Source: the human T2T-CHM13v2.0 reference genome, Homo sapiens
Length of the DNA stretch: 64,000 nucleotides
Assembly: GCA_009914755.4 (NCBI GenBank)
Contig: CP086569.2
Coordinates: 17,280,001 to 17,344,000, forward strand
Direction: 5' to 3'
Made by a program: the position numbers and the translations under genes. The notes under the pieces are model-generated. The model worked only from the letters and a program-made list of their open reading frames with translations. It was not told the DNA's origin and did no database searches. Each line of letters starts with the position of its first letter. Within the stretch, counting starts at the first letter, position 1. Below, piece by piece: positions 39,507 through 51,140 of this stretch.

Positions 39507-40821
39507 GCTCCAGGAAAAGCACCTAGATCTTCAGGTGGTGGGTATGATTGGACTTATTTCTCTTGCTATTCTGTTGTATCCTTCCTTAGAATTAGGAGGA
39601 TAAAAACCAGTTGGCCACTTAGAGGCAATTAGCATGGCCACTGGACTAAAGACACGGATGTCAGGCTGTCTGGAAAAGGGCTCTCTAACAACCCACGACT
39701 CTTTGGGGTTGGGAGAATTTGTTCCCAGTTTTGCTTCCCATGGTGGTCCCAAAGTACAACTGGGAGTGCTCAGTGAACATCTTAGTCTCCCAGATACCCT
39801 GGTTGAGACCATGGTCCCACCAGAGTCTACCCCTGCAGAGGTTACTGAGCATGAGACATCTTCTGACTCCTGCCTCCTGGGTCCTTATGTCCAATGGCTA
39901 AACTTCTTTCCTCATCTCACAAGTAGGTTATTCCTGCTAGGCAGGATCAAGATTCCCTATTTAGAAGTCTTAAATTCTTGGGGTGGTGCCCAGAAGACCT
40001 CTGTTCATGTTGCCCTCTGGGATTTAGGCAGGTGTCACCATTTGATGGCCACTTTGAAAGGCCAGTCCCCCATCATAGTGTATGGCCACCCACATCAGGA
40101 CAATTTAAAGACAGGTCTGTAATTTTCATGTGGATAGTAGAAGCCTTAGGGCATTTCCACCATTGCTCCCCAGATAGGCTTTCTCCTACCTGGGGCCACT
40201 CAAGGACAATCTGTTGTGCATAGGCAAAGTCTTAGAGTTGTTGAATTGTTGTTTCAACCATTCAATAATTGGTAATGGAAGGGTGAATATACGGTCAGTT
40301 TGGACACATGATACTAGTACCACCTTGAAAGGGGGGCTTACTACTTTGATGGCAAGTGGGGACAGAAGGCTAGAGTACAGCAGCTGTTCTCTCGGCCCTG
40401 GCCTAGAGGACATCCACCACACCCTTAAAGCTTCTTAAGCCTCCTGTTGCTAATTCAGAGATTTCTCCTTGAAGGACAGTTTTGATGACCAGGCCCACAT
40501 AAATTGGGCCTTAGCATGCAAGCATCAGTGGTGCCCCGACCCAGGCCTTGTCACCCTGGAAAAGGTAGGATGTGTTGGAGGAAGGACCACAATAAATCCA
40601 ACAGTCCTTGTGCCCCATTTAGTGGTCAATGGGTGCATGGCAGGGGCAAAGGAAGTTTCCATCCTGCTGGTAAGCATGGTTAAATCCGGCAGGCGGAGGG
40701 CTCAGGAAATGCAGCCATGAGCTTTGAGCACAATAGGACCTGACCCTTGGGGGACACCCTAAGAGAAGAAGAGTCCCAGTACTAACCAGGGGTGTGGGCA
40801 TCTCTGTGTGTAAAATTCCAG

Positions 40822-42148
40822 ATGGGCTCCATACCTTCAAAACTGGACACCCCCTTAAGATGTATCCTGAATAACTGGGACAAATTCAACCCTGAAACCT
40901 TACAAAAGAAGCAGCTAATTTTCTTCTATACCACTGCCTGACCATGGAATTTCTTACAAAATGGAAAAACTTGGCCCCCTGAGGGAAGTATTAATTATAA
41001 TACCCTTCTACAGCTAGATCTTTTCTGTGAACAGGAAGATAAATAGAGTATAGTCCCTTATGTACAGGCTTTCTTTGCCCTTCATGACAATACTGCCCTG
41101 TGCCAAGCCTACAAGCTTTGCCAAAATGACAAAGGCCCACAGTTACCTCCATACTCACAGCCTCTTCCCTCAGCCCCACTCTCCTCCCCCACTGACTCTC
41201 CTCCATCCTGCCCCACTGAAGTGGTAAAGAGAATGTAAACTCCCCAAGCCAGGCACCCAAACTATGTCCCTTACAAGCAGTAGGAGAGGAATTTGGGCCC
41301 TTCCTTGTACGTGTCTCTTCACACTCTCAGACTTAAAACAAATAAAGTCAAACTTAGGGAAATTCTCAGATGAACCTGATAAGTATATAGATGCCTTGCA
41401 AGGATTAAGGCAGTCCTTTGATCTAACATGGAGAGATATAATTTTACTTCTTGATTAGACATTATGTCCTACTGAAAAGCAAGAAGCTTTAACAACAACC
41501 TGGCAATTTGGGGATCCGTGGTACCTTAGCCAGGTAAATGATCAAATGGCCCAGAAGGTGAGGGAAAAATTCCCCACAGGGCAAAAGGCAGTCCCTACTG
41601 TAAACCCTCACTGAGATACTGACTCAGATCCTGGAGACTGGAGCCACAGGCATTTGCTAAGTTGCATTTTGGAAGAGTTGAGGAAAACTAGGAAAAAGCC
41701 TATGAACTACTCAATGCTATCCACAGTTGTGCAAGGAAAAGAGGAAAACCCCTCAACTTTTCTACAAAGGTTAAAGGAGATCCTAAGAAAGCACACCTCC
41801 TTAGCTCTGGATTCCATGGAAAGCCAACTTATCATAAAGGATAAATTTATCACCCAGTCAGTGACTGACATTAGGAAAAAACTCCAAAAGTCTGCCTTAG
41901 GCCCAGAACAAAATTTGGAGGCATTATTGAACTTGGCAACCTCAGTGTTCTATAATAGGGACCAAGAGGAACATGCCAAAAGGGAAAAGCGATATAAGAG
42001 AAAGTCTCCAGCCTTAGTCATGGCCCTCAGACAGGCAGACCTTGGCAGCTCAGAGGGAACCAAAAGAGGAGTAGGACAGTTGCTGCCCCCTTACCCATGT
42101 CCAAGATGCCAAGGTAATCACTGGAAGTCACACTGCCCCAGAGGATGA
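40822..42148 (+). pseudogene. gag remnant (MA-CA-NC), HERV-W-gag-like
   Basis: MGSIPSKLDTPLRCILNNWDKFNPETLQKKQLIFF...; FTLSDLKQIKSNLGKFSDEPDKYIDALQGLRQSFDLTWRDIILLL; LRKTRKKPMNYSMLSTVVQGKEENPSTFLQRLKEILRKHTSLALDSMESQLIIKDKFITQSVTDIRKK; and the NC zinc knuckle CPRCQGNHWKSHCP. These are collinear and about 70-80% similar to MSRV/HERV-W Gag as I recall it. There are several stops and frameshifts. Confidence 0.8.
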
Positions 42149-42189
42149 AGGCCCTCTGGGCCAGAAGCACCCAGTCAGGTGATTCAGCA

Positions 42190-42560
42190 ACAGGACTGAG
42201 GGTGCCAGGGCAAGCGACAGCTCAGGCCATCACCCTCAAAGAGCCCCAGGTAAGTTTGAACATTGAGGGCCAGTAAGTGGACTTCCTCCTAGACACTGGC
42301 CCTGCCTTCTCAATTTTAATCACCTGCCCCAGACGACTGTCTGCAAAGTCTGTTACTATCCGAGGAATCTTAGGATAGCTTGTAACCAGGCATTTCTCCC
42401 AGCTCCTCAGTTGTAATTGGGAGACTTTGCTCTTTTCACATGCCTTTCTTGTTATGCCTGAAAGTCCCACACCTTTATTAGGGAGGGACATATTAGCCAA
42501 AGCTGTGGCTATTATCTACATGAATATGGGGAACAAATTACCCCTTTGTTGTCCCCTACT
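42190..42560 (+). pseudogene. protease remnant
   Basis: VDFLLDTGPAFSIL, the retropepsin DTG motif, and LLGRDILAKA downstream, in the gag-following frame. Confidence 0.65.
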
Positions 42561-45560
42561 TGAAGAATGAGTCAACTCTGAACTCTGGTCCTTGGATGGA
42601 CAATTCAGAAGGGCAAAGAATGCCCATCCAGTTAAAATCAGGCTAAAAGACCCCACCTCTTTTCTTTATCAAAGTCAATATCCCTTAAGGCCTGAAGCTC
42701 ACAAAGGATTACAAGATATTTTTAGACAGTTAAAAGCTCAAGGCTTAGTAAGAAAATGTAAGCAGTCATTGCAACACCCCAATCCTAGGAATACAAAAAC
42801 CAAATGGTCAGTGGAGACTAGTGCAAGACCTCAGAATCATCAATGAAGAAGTAATTACTTTATATCCAGCTGTACCCAACCCCTATACACGGCTCTCTCA
42901 GATACCAGAAAAAGCAGAATGGTTCGCTGTTCTGGACCTCAAAGATGCCTTCTTCTGCACTCTGACTCCCAGTTCCTCTTTGCCTTTGAGGATTATACAG
43001 AGCACATGTCCCAGCTTATGTGGACAGTCTTACCCCAAGGGTTTAGAGATAGCCCTCATCTGTTTGGGCAGGCACTGGCCCGGGACCTAGGCCTATTCTC
43101 CAGTCCAGGCACTCTGTTCCTTCAATACATGGATGACATACTTCTGGCTATGAGTTTGGAAGCCACATGTTAGCAGGCTACTCTAGACCTCTTAAACTTT
43201 CTAGCTAATCAAGGGCACAAAACATCTAGGACAAAGGCCCAGCTCTGTCTACAACAAGTTAAGTGTCTAGGCCTAATCCTGGCCAAATGAACTGGAGTCC
43301 TCAGCAAAGAGTGTATTTATCTTATACTGGCCTACCCTCACCCTAAGACGTTGAAAAAGTTGAGGGGGGGTTCCTTGGAATCACTGACTTTTGCCAACTG
43401 TGAATTCCTGGATAGAGTGAAATGGCCAGGCCACTCTATCCCCTGATAAAGGAAAATCAGAAGGCAAATACCCACCTAGTAGAATGGGAACTGGAGGTGG
43501 AAACAGCCTTCAAAACTTTAAAGCAGACCCTGGTACAAGCTCCAGCCCTGAGCATCCCCCAGGACAAAATTTATCTTTATATGTCACTGAAAGAGTAGGA
43601 ATAGCTCTTGGAGTTCTTACTCAGACTCCTGGTACAGCCCCACAACCAGTGGCATACCTAAGTAAAGAAATTGATGTAGTAGTCAAAGGCTGGCCTCACT
43701 GTTTATCGGTGGTTGCAGCAGTAGCCATCTTAGTGTCAGAGGCTGTTAAAATAATACAAGGAAAGGATCTCACTTTCTGGAACACTCATGATGTAAGTGG
43801 TATATTAAATGCTAAAGGAAGTCTGTGGCTGTCAGATAGTGGACTACTTAAATACCAGGCGCCACTCCTTGAGTACCAGTATTTCAAATATGCATGTGTG
43901 TGGCCCTCAATCCTGCCACTTTTCTCCCAGAGGGTGAGGAACCAATTGAGTATGACTGCCAACAAATTTTAGCTCATACTTTTGCCACCCGAAAAGATCT
44001 CTTAGAAGTCCCCTTAACTAACCCTGACCTTAATCTGTACTCTGATGGAAGTTCATTTGTAGAAAATTGGGTACAAAAGGCAGGCTATGCCATAGTTAGT
44101 GATACAGCAGTACTTGAAAATAAACTTCTTCCTCTAGGGACCAGTGCTCAGTTAGCAGAATTCATTGTGCTAATCTGAGCCTTAGAACTGGGAGAAGAAG
44201 AAAGCATAAATGTATACACAGATAGCAAGTATGCTTTTCTAGTCTTACATGCACATGCTGCAATATGGAAAGAAAGAGAGTTCTTAACCTCCGGAGGAAC
44301 ACCTATTAAATACCACAGATAAATCATGGAATTAATGCACACAGTGCAAAAACCTAAAGAGGTGGCAGTTTTACACTGCTGGGGCCATCAGAAAGGTGAA
44401 GGAGAAGAAGCAGAAGGAAAGTACCAAACAGAGTCTGAGGCCAAAATTGCTGCCAGGCAGGAGTTTCCTTCAGAAATGCCCAAGGAAGGACACCTGGTAT
44501 GGAGAAACCTCCCTCCAGGAGGTTAAGCCCCAGTACTCTCCAACTGAAATAGAATGGGGACTTTCACAAGGACATAGTTTTCTCCCGTCGGGGTGGCTAA
44601 TAACATAGGAAGGAAAGGTGCTCATACCTGAAGCCAGCCACTGGAAAATACTTAAAACCTTTCACCAAACTTTTCATACTGTTATTGAAAGTACCCATAA
44701 CATGACCACGTCTCTATTTACAGGGCCAAACCTCCTCAAAACCATCAGGCAAGTAGTCAAAGCCTGTGAAATGTGCCAAAAGAACAACCCCTTGGCCCAC
44801 TGTAAGGCCTCTCCAGGAGGACAAAGAACAGGACATTATCCCAGAGAGGACTGGCAGTTAGATTTTACCCATATGCCAAACCCAAGAGAATTTCAATACT
44901 TATTGGTCTGGGTTGATACCTTTACAAATTGAGTAGAAGCCTTCCCTTGTAGAATAGAGAAGGTCCAAGAAGTGGTTAAAGTCTTAGTTCATGAAATAAT
45001 TCCTAGATTTGGACTTCCCATAGCTTATAGAGTGACAATTGTCCAGCTTTTAAAGCTACAACAACTTAAGGAATTTCCAAGGCACTAGGAATACAATATC
45101 AACTTCACTGTGCCTGGAGGGCACAATCCTCAAGGAAAGTTGAAAAGGCAAATGAAACTCTCAAGAGGCATTTGAGAAAACTAGAGCAAGAAACTCATCT
45201 TGCTCGGCCCACTCTGTTGCCCATGGACTTATTAAGAATCTGAAACTCCCCTCACAGAATGGGGCTCAGTCCATATGAAGTGTTGTATGGATGGCTTTTC
45301 TCACAGATGACCTCCTGCTCAATCAGGAAAAGGCCAATTTAGTAAAAGATATAACTTCTCTGGCAAAATATCAACAAAATCTTAAAACTTTACCTGAAAA
45401 GTGTGACAGGGAAAAAGGAATAGAGATGTTTCAACCAGGAGATCTAGTATTGGTCAAGTCTCTCCCCTCTAGCTCTCCTTCTATGGATCCCTAATGGGAG
45501 GAACCATACTTGGTAATCCTCTCTACCCCCACTGCAGTTAAAGTGACGGGAATGGAATCC
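42560..45560 (+). pseudogene. pol remnant (RT-RNase H-IN)
   Basis: RT: YPAVPNPYTRLSQIP...VLDLKDAFFC...FAFEDY...LPQGFRDSPHLFGQAL...LQYMDDILLA. RNase H: YTDSKYAFLVLHAHAAIWKEREFLTSGGTPIKY...VAVLHCWGHQKGE. IN: HHCC finger H..H...CEMCQKNN and the catalytic core start WQLDFTHMP...QYLLVWVDTFT. Frames are interrupted repeatedly. Confidence 0.8.
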
Positions 45561-45958
45561 TGGATTCACCACACCCAAATTAAGCCTTGGACACCTCCTG
45601 AGAAACTTACAGAATCATCAACTCAGGAGTCACAAGTCAGCCAGACCAGCTTCGATACACCTGGCCACCACAAGAGGACCTGCATCTCCTATTTTGGAAA
45701 GGAACACTTCAGACCAGAAAAAATCCTGCAGTTAATCCTGAAGAGGGACTTCTCCTTACCTAAATGAGGATCAGTGGGGAAAAAAAAAAAAAAAAAAAAC
45801 CAACATGATCTTTAACTTCTCTCCTTGCTCTCTTTAATGGAAGACTTCTACTGTTTTGTTACATTATTAAGCACGTTTCTTCTATCTGCCTTCCTTGTAA
45901 CAGCAATTCACTCCTTTTTCCCTCCTCTTTCCTGTGACCATTTCACTTACAACACTTC

Positions 45959-47177
45959 ATGATTCCTCTTAGGCTTCCTGTCATCCTCTTCATACTCGTG
46001 TCCCTTTCTCCAACAACAACACACACCCCGTGTCAGTGTGCCTCCCCTGGAGGAGACAACTGGCATTCTATCAGAAACTCTTGCAGATTGGGTAGCCCCT
46101 TCCAAACACCCACATCTTTTGCCACTCATACTTACATGAGAAAAGAATGTTATAAAACTGTTCCTTGGAGCCTGTTTAACACCACCCTTACAAGAATACA
46201 AGAGACCTCTCCTAATAATCCAACCAACTATTGGATGTGTCTCCCCTTGTGTTTCCAACCATATGTCCCAGTCCCTGTCCCCAGATAGTGGAACTTATCC
46301 ACCCCAGTCCTAAACACCACCAAATTAATCGGTCCCATAGTCACCAATTTACCAGCCACAGAGGCCTCAAATCTCACATGCATGAACTTCAGCATGACTC
46401 TCAATAAAAACACCCCCCAATGTCATTCCTGGATGTCAGTAATGTCAGGTTTCACCTGTCTAACTTCAGGCATCTTTTTCATCTATAATAACACAGCCTG
46501 TTGATGCCTAAATAGCACTCCAAAAGAATTATGCTTTCTCTTCTTTATAGCAACTCCCATCTCCATATGCACTGAACAAGAGTTACAAAGTCTCCTTATA
46601 ACACAATCTTGCCACATATGAGCCCTTATTGTCTCTTTTATTGTAGGAGCCAGAATAATAGGTGGGCTCCTATTGGAATTGGAGGCATAACCTCCTCCAC
46701 TCAATTCTATTATAAATTATCACGAAAATTAAATGATGACATGGAACAAATTTCCAACACCCTAGTGACCCTACAAAGCCAGCTTACTTCTCTAGCTGCA
46801 GTGGTCCTCCAAAACCAAAGATCCCTGGACCTATTAACAGCTAAAAGAAGAGGAACCTTCATCTTCTTGGGAGAAGAAGGTTGCTGTTTCATTAACCAGT
46901 CAGCAATCATTACTGAAAAGTTTAAATAAATAAGAGAACGGAAAAAAGTAGGAAAAAGGAGCTTGATCACTCTGAACCCTGAAATATGTTTAACCAATGG
47001 ATACCTTGGCTACTCCCCTTTCTAGGTCCTGTGACACCCATCCTATTTTTACTCACCTTTAGGCCTTGCATTTTTAACCTCTGTGTCAAATTTGTTTCCT
47101 CCAGGATCGAGGCCATCATGCTACAAATGGTCGTACAAATGGAACCTCAAATCAGCTCAAATCACAGCTTCTACTGA
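45959..47177 (+). pseudogene. env remnant (SU + TM), syncytin-1/HERV-W-env-like but diverged
   Basis: A signal peptide MIPLRLPVILFILVSLS and SU motifs ...CQCASPGG...LFNTTLT...NPTNYWMCLPL...PYVPVPVP. TM: GIGGITSSTQFYYKLSRKLNDDMEQISNTLVTLQSQL...AAVVLQNQRSLDLLTAKRRGTFIFLGEEGCCFINQSAIITEK (the immunosuppressive-domain region and CX6CC). Membrane span: WIPWLLPFLGPV...CIFNLCVKFVSSRIEAIMLQM. Compare syncytin-1 ...[28 protein letters not shown]... / WMPWILPFLGPL...CIFNLLVNFVSSRIEAVKLQM. Stops separate SU, TM and the tail. Confidence 0.8.
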
Positions 47178-47342
47178 GGACACCTGGATTGACACATTGG
47201 AACCTTGACTGGCCTAGAAAGTTCCCCTCTGAAGAACACCACAACTACAGGGTCCCTTCTTTGCCCCTAACAAGCAGGAAGTAGCCAGAACGACCGCCAC
47301 CCAGTTCTCAAGAGCAGTTGGAGGGTCCTGTTTAGAGGGGGG

Positions 47343-47353
47343 ACTGAAAGGAG
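47343..47353 (+). other. Polypurine tract
   Basis: agaggggggac sits immediately 5' of the 3' LTR start TGAAAGG. Confidence 0.7.
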
Positions 47354-48052
47354 GGGCCGGCTGGGCTTCCTGGATTCAGTAGGGGCCCAGAAAGCTGGGA
47401 AACTCACTGATTTCCTGCATCAGGAATTACCTCAATCCTGGATGAATGATACCGAAGATATAGGCTTAAACTATTCCTAACACCAGGATTTGTTCATGTG
47501 TTTTCTCCCCCAAGAAAGCTATAAACAGGAACAATTTTGCTGTAAGTTTTCCTGTGTCTTCTCTCCCTCTCCGCCTTCCCCTCCCACAAAACTAAAGTAA
47601 AAGGAATGTTAGCTGTCCATTTTTCTGTGATCAGCAGACCTTATCTATGCTCCCAATTCCAATTCCTTGTAAACATGCTTTGTAAAGTTCTGTGATATTC
47701 TGTCTCCTTTGCCATACTGCAGCAAGGTCCTAAAGTAGACAAATCCTAAGTTACAATTCCAGTTTTCCTCAAGATCTAAAACATGCCACAAATTGTTAAC
47801 TGTCTTTGTTTCTTGCTTTGGTAACATTTTCCCGCCACAGGTATTTCCCACCTTAAAGAAATTAGAAGGCATTTCTATAATCTAACTCTGGCTACCTGTT
47901 CAGGATCCCTTCCACGCTGTGGAATCTTTGTACTTTCACTCTGCTCAATAAAGCCTACAGCTTTTTCTATCGGTCTGTGTCTCTATCACTGGCTGCAGTC
48001 AGCTGTCACACTAATTCTTTGGTGTGGCTAGGCAAGAAACATAGAAGTTACA
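47354..48052 (+). repeat. 3' LTR (699 bp)
   Basis: TGAAAGGAGGGGCC...ggggcccagaaagctgggaaactcactgatttcctgcatcaggaatt...tgtggaatctttgtactttcactctgctcaataaagcc...tttggtgtggctaggcaagaaacatagaagttaCA. It is visibly diverged from the 5' LTR (substitutions and indels, 650 vs 699 bp). Confidence 0.8.
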
Positions 48053-48139
48053 ATATTACCACTATATTTATTATTGTGTGTCCATGCATCTTTAATGTTA
48101 AACTCTTGAGGGAAGATACTAGTGTATCTTCTAGTCATG

Positions 48140-48900
48140 AATCCTAGCACAGCACAACGGCCAGTGACCTAGTGTTTTTACCGGAAACACTTTGGAGAAC
48201 CTCATATATATATGAGTATATATACATGGCTGTACCATCTAAGATTGTGTAAGTACACTCTAGGATGTTCACACAAAGACTAAATAATATGTAATATGTA
48301 AATATAATAGATACTAGAATATATATAATAGGCATATTATATATAAAAACATATACATGTAATACATATAATATATAAATTTCTAATATAGAAATATATG
48401 TGTATATTTATTTCTAATATAAACTTGTACTATAATAGAAATATACCTTAAACATGTAATATATGTATATTTATATATATAAATTTTACATATAGTAAAT
48501 ATAAAATATACAAACATACAGTACATAAATATTTACATATATGTAATATATAACTTACATAAAAATAAAATACAACTTACATATAAATAAAATATGTAAT
48601 ATTTATATTACACATCATATTTGTACAATTCTATTTATTATTTACTTTTAAAACATAAAAATATATGTATATTTCTATAATATAAAAGCATTATATTTAT
48701 AAATATAAACATACAATACAGTTCATACGTATTATATAATATCATACACAATATTATCTATATGTGGATATATATTACATTCTCTCACAAGGAGTATAAA
48801 GAACACTATATCATATATATATATATATACACACACACATATATACATATACACACACACATATACATATACACACACACACACACCTGCATATATAGAC
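48140..48900. repeat. AT-rich low-complexity block with (TA)n, (TATATG)-like and (CA)n runs
   Basis: Long stretches of atatat / tacatata variants. acacacacacacacac at about 48830-48890. Confidence 0.7.
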
Positions 48901-50049
48901 CTATTCTGAATTTACCACTACCTCATTAGTTATGGGAAAAAGGGGAGCTTATGGTTACACTCTGGCAAATAGGTTACAAACCTTGTGTTTCTGCTATAAC
49001 TCTCTAGAAAGACAAGCAAGATACAGAGATACAGAGATCTCAGGGGTTGTTGCTACTGTTTATAGGGTGTCACACACAGCCACTTGGATAATGTAAAACT
49101 TGATGTGACTCCCACCTATTAAAGGCCATGTTTTTATTAATGTACTCTAAGCTAGGACTAATGATGGCCCATGATAGAAGACGAATCATATACGCAGAGA
49201 AGCATGTTGGATCCCATGTGCAAAGGGATGCTGACTCCTGTGAGAGAGACCCAGAGAAAAGCTGCCTTGGTTTCTGCACATTGCCAGATCCCATTTCAGT
49301 TACATTTGTTTTTTCTATATGCCTATGCCTATGTGTATGTATAAAGAGTCATGTGTTACTTAATGACAATACTTCTGAGAAATGTGTCCTTGTTTGATTT
49401 AGTTCTCGTGCGAACATCCTAGAGTGTACTTATGCAGTCTTAGATGGTACAGCCTACTACACACTTAGGCTATATGGTAGAGCCTATTGCTCCTAGGCCA
49501 CAAACCTGTACAGCACAATACCATGCTAAACACCACAGACAACTGCAACACAGTGGCAAGTACTTGTTCATCTAAACACTGAAAACGTACAGTAAGAATG
49601 CAGCATCAAAAATATAAAATGGTAGCCCTGTATAGGGCAGTTACCGTGAATGGAGCTTGCAAGACTGGAGGTTGCTCTGGGTGAGTCTGTGAGTGGGTGA
49701 TGAGGGGATATGAAGACCTGCGACATTATTGCACACTTTTATTTAACTGGCAACATGCCTCTACACTAGCATGGACACAATCACATGAGTAATGCTTTTG
49801 TGCTACAACCCTAGGAAGCCTAGGACAGCACATTATAATAGGAATATCTGAGGTCCATTATAATCTCATGGAATTCTTATCATATATGTAGTCTGTCATT
49901 GACTAAAATGTCATTATGTAGCATATGACTGTACATACAAGTGTGTATGTGAATATGCCTATACATCCATGTATATGTGTTTTAGAAGTTTCCCATGCCT
50001 GCCATTGAAATAACTACAAACTGGGTGGCTTAAAACAATAAGAATTTCT

Positions 50050-50232
50050 GGCCAGGTGCATTGGTTTATGCCTGTAATCCCAGCACTTTGGGAGGCCGAG
50101 GTGGGCAGACCACCTAAGGTCAGGACTTCATGAGTAGTGTGGCCAACATGGTGAAACCCTTTCTCTATTAAAATTACAAAAATTCCCCAGGCCTGGTGGC
50201 TCATGCTTGTAATCCCCACTACTTAGGAAATG
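50050..50232 (+). mobile_element. Alu SINE, 3'-truncated (left monomer plus the start of the right monomer)
   Basis: ggccaggtgcattggtttatgcctgtaatcccagcactttgggaggccgaggtgggcagacc...ccaggcctggtggctcatgcttgtaatcccc. Confidence 0.8.
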
Positions 50233-50840
50233 TAATCTCTCCTGCTGCTGGCAGTTTAAAAATCAAAGTGAGGCAGTGCGTCTCTCCCTCCACAGGCTCC
50301 AAGGGAGGACCTTTCCTGCCTTTCCCAGCTCCTGGTTGATTCAGGAATCCCTTGGCTTGTTACCACATCATTCGAACATAGCTTCCATCTTCAGATCTTC
50401 CATATGTCTCTTTATCCAATTCTTCCTCTCCTTCTGTTACAAAGATACCAGCTGTCAGATTTAGGTTCTGCCATAATCCAGTATTGCTTCATCTTATGTC
50501 AATTATATCTGCAAAAATTATATAGATATAGATTCATATATATCTCATATGTTATAAATTAATCACAAACATAGGTGTCGAAGAAAGAAAATAATTCCAG
50601 AAATAATGCTGCTGTAGTTTATAGCAATAAAAATATGAGTTTAGAGAACAGAATGCATACAGGCTGGAAGAAGAAATGACTCTCCAACAGAAGGCACTCA
50701 TGGTGGCAAGGGGCTTCCAATCTATTCCCCACCACAGTGATTTCATCTCCAACAGAGTTGATCCTGTTAAGCCAGAGAAGCTTAGGGTTTTATCGTTTCT
50801 TAACTTCCATAATATTTATGTCTAACTCCCCCCAAAAAAT

Positions 50841-51140
50841 GATAAAGGGAGTATTTTATCCCACAGAAATACAAACTACCATCAGAGAATACTATAAACA
50901 CCTATATGCAACTGAACTAGAAAATCCAGAAGAAATGGATAAATTCCTGGACACCTACACCCTCCAAATACTAAATGAGGAAGAATTCGAATCCCTGAAT
51001 GTAACAATAACAACTTCTGAAATTGAGGCAGTAACTAATAGCCTACTAACCAAAAAAAGCCCAGGGCTAGAAGGCATCACAGCTGACTTCTTCTAGAGGT
51101 ATGAAGAGGAGCTGGTATCATTGCTTCTGAAACTATCATT
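50841..51140 (+). mobile_element. L1 fragment (ORF2 N-terminal region, about 300 bp)
   Basis: ORF 50737..51096 translates to ...[78 protein letters not shown]. This matches L1 ORF2 residues about 60-150 ([77 protein letters not shown]). Confidence 0.8.

Larger units (their letters stand above)
38836..48052 (+). mobile_element. Full-length but defective class I (gamma-like) HERV provirus, HERV-W-related by gag/env but with non-LTR17 LTRs; about 9.2 kb
   Basis: Structure 5'LTR-PBS-leader-gag-pro-pol-env-PPT-3'LTR, flanked by ATAT at 38832-38835 and 48053-48056. All genes are interrupted by stops and frameshifts; the longest ORF is 164 aa. Confidence 0.85.

Noticed and set aside
39531-40840. 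Several 70-160-aa ORFs on both strands in the proviral leader between the PBS and the gag ATG
   Set aside because: HERV-W-group leaders are long and ORF-rich by chance. None of these has a retroviral or cellular domain signature, and they overlap each other on opposite strands.
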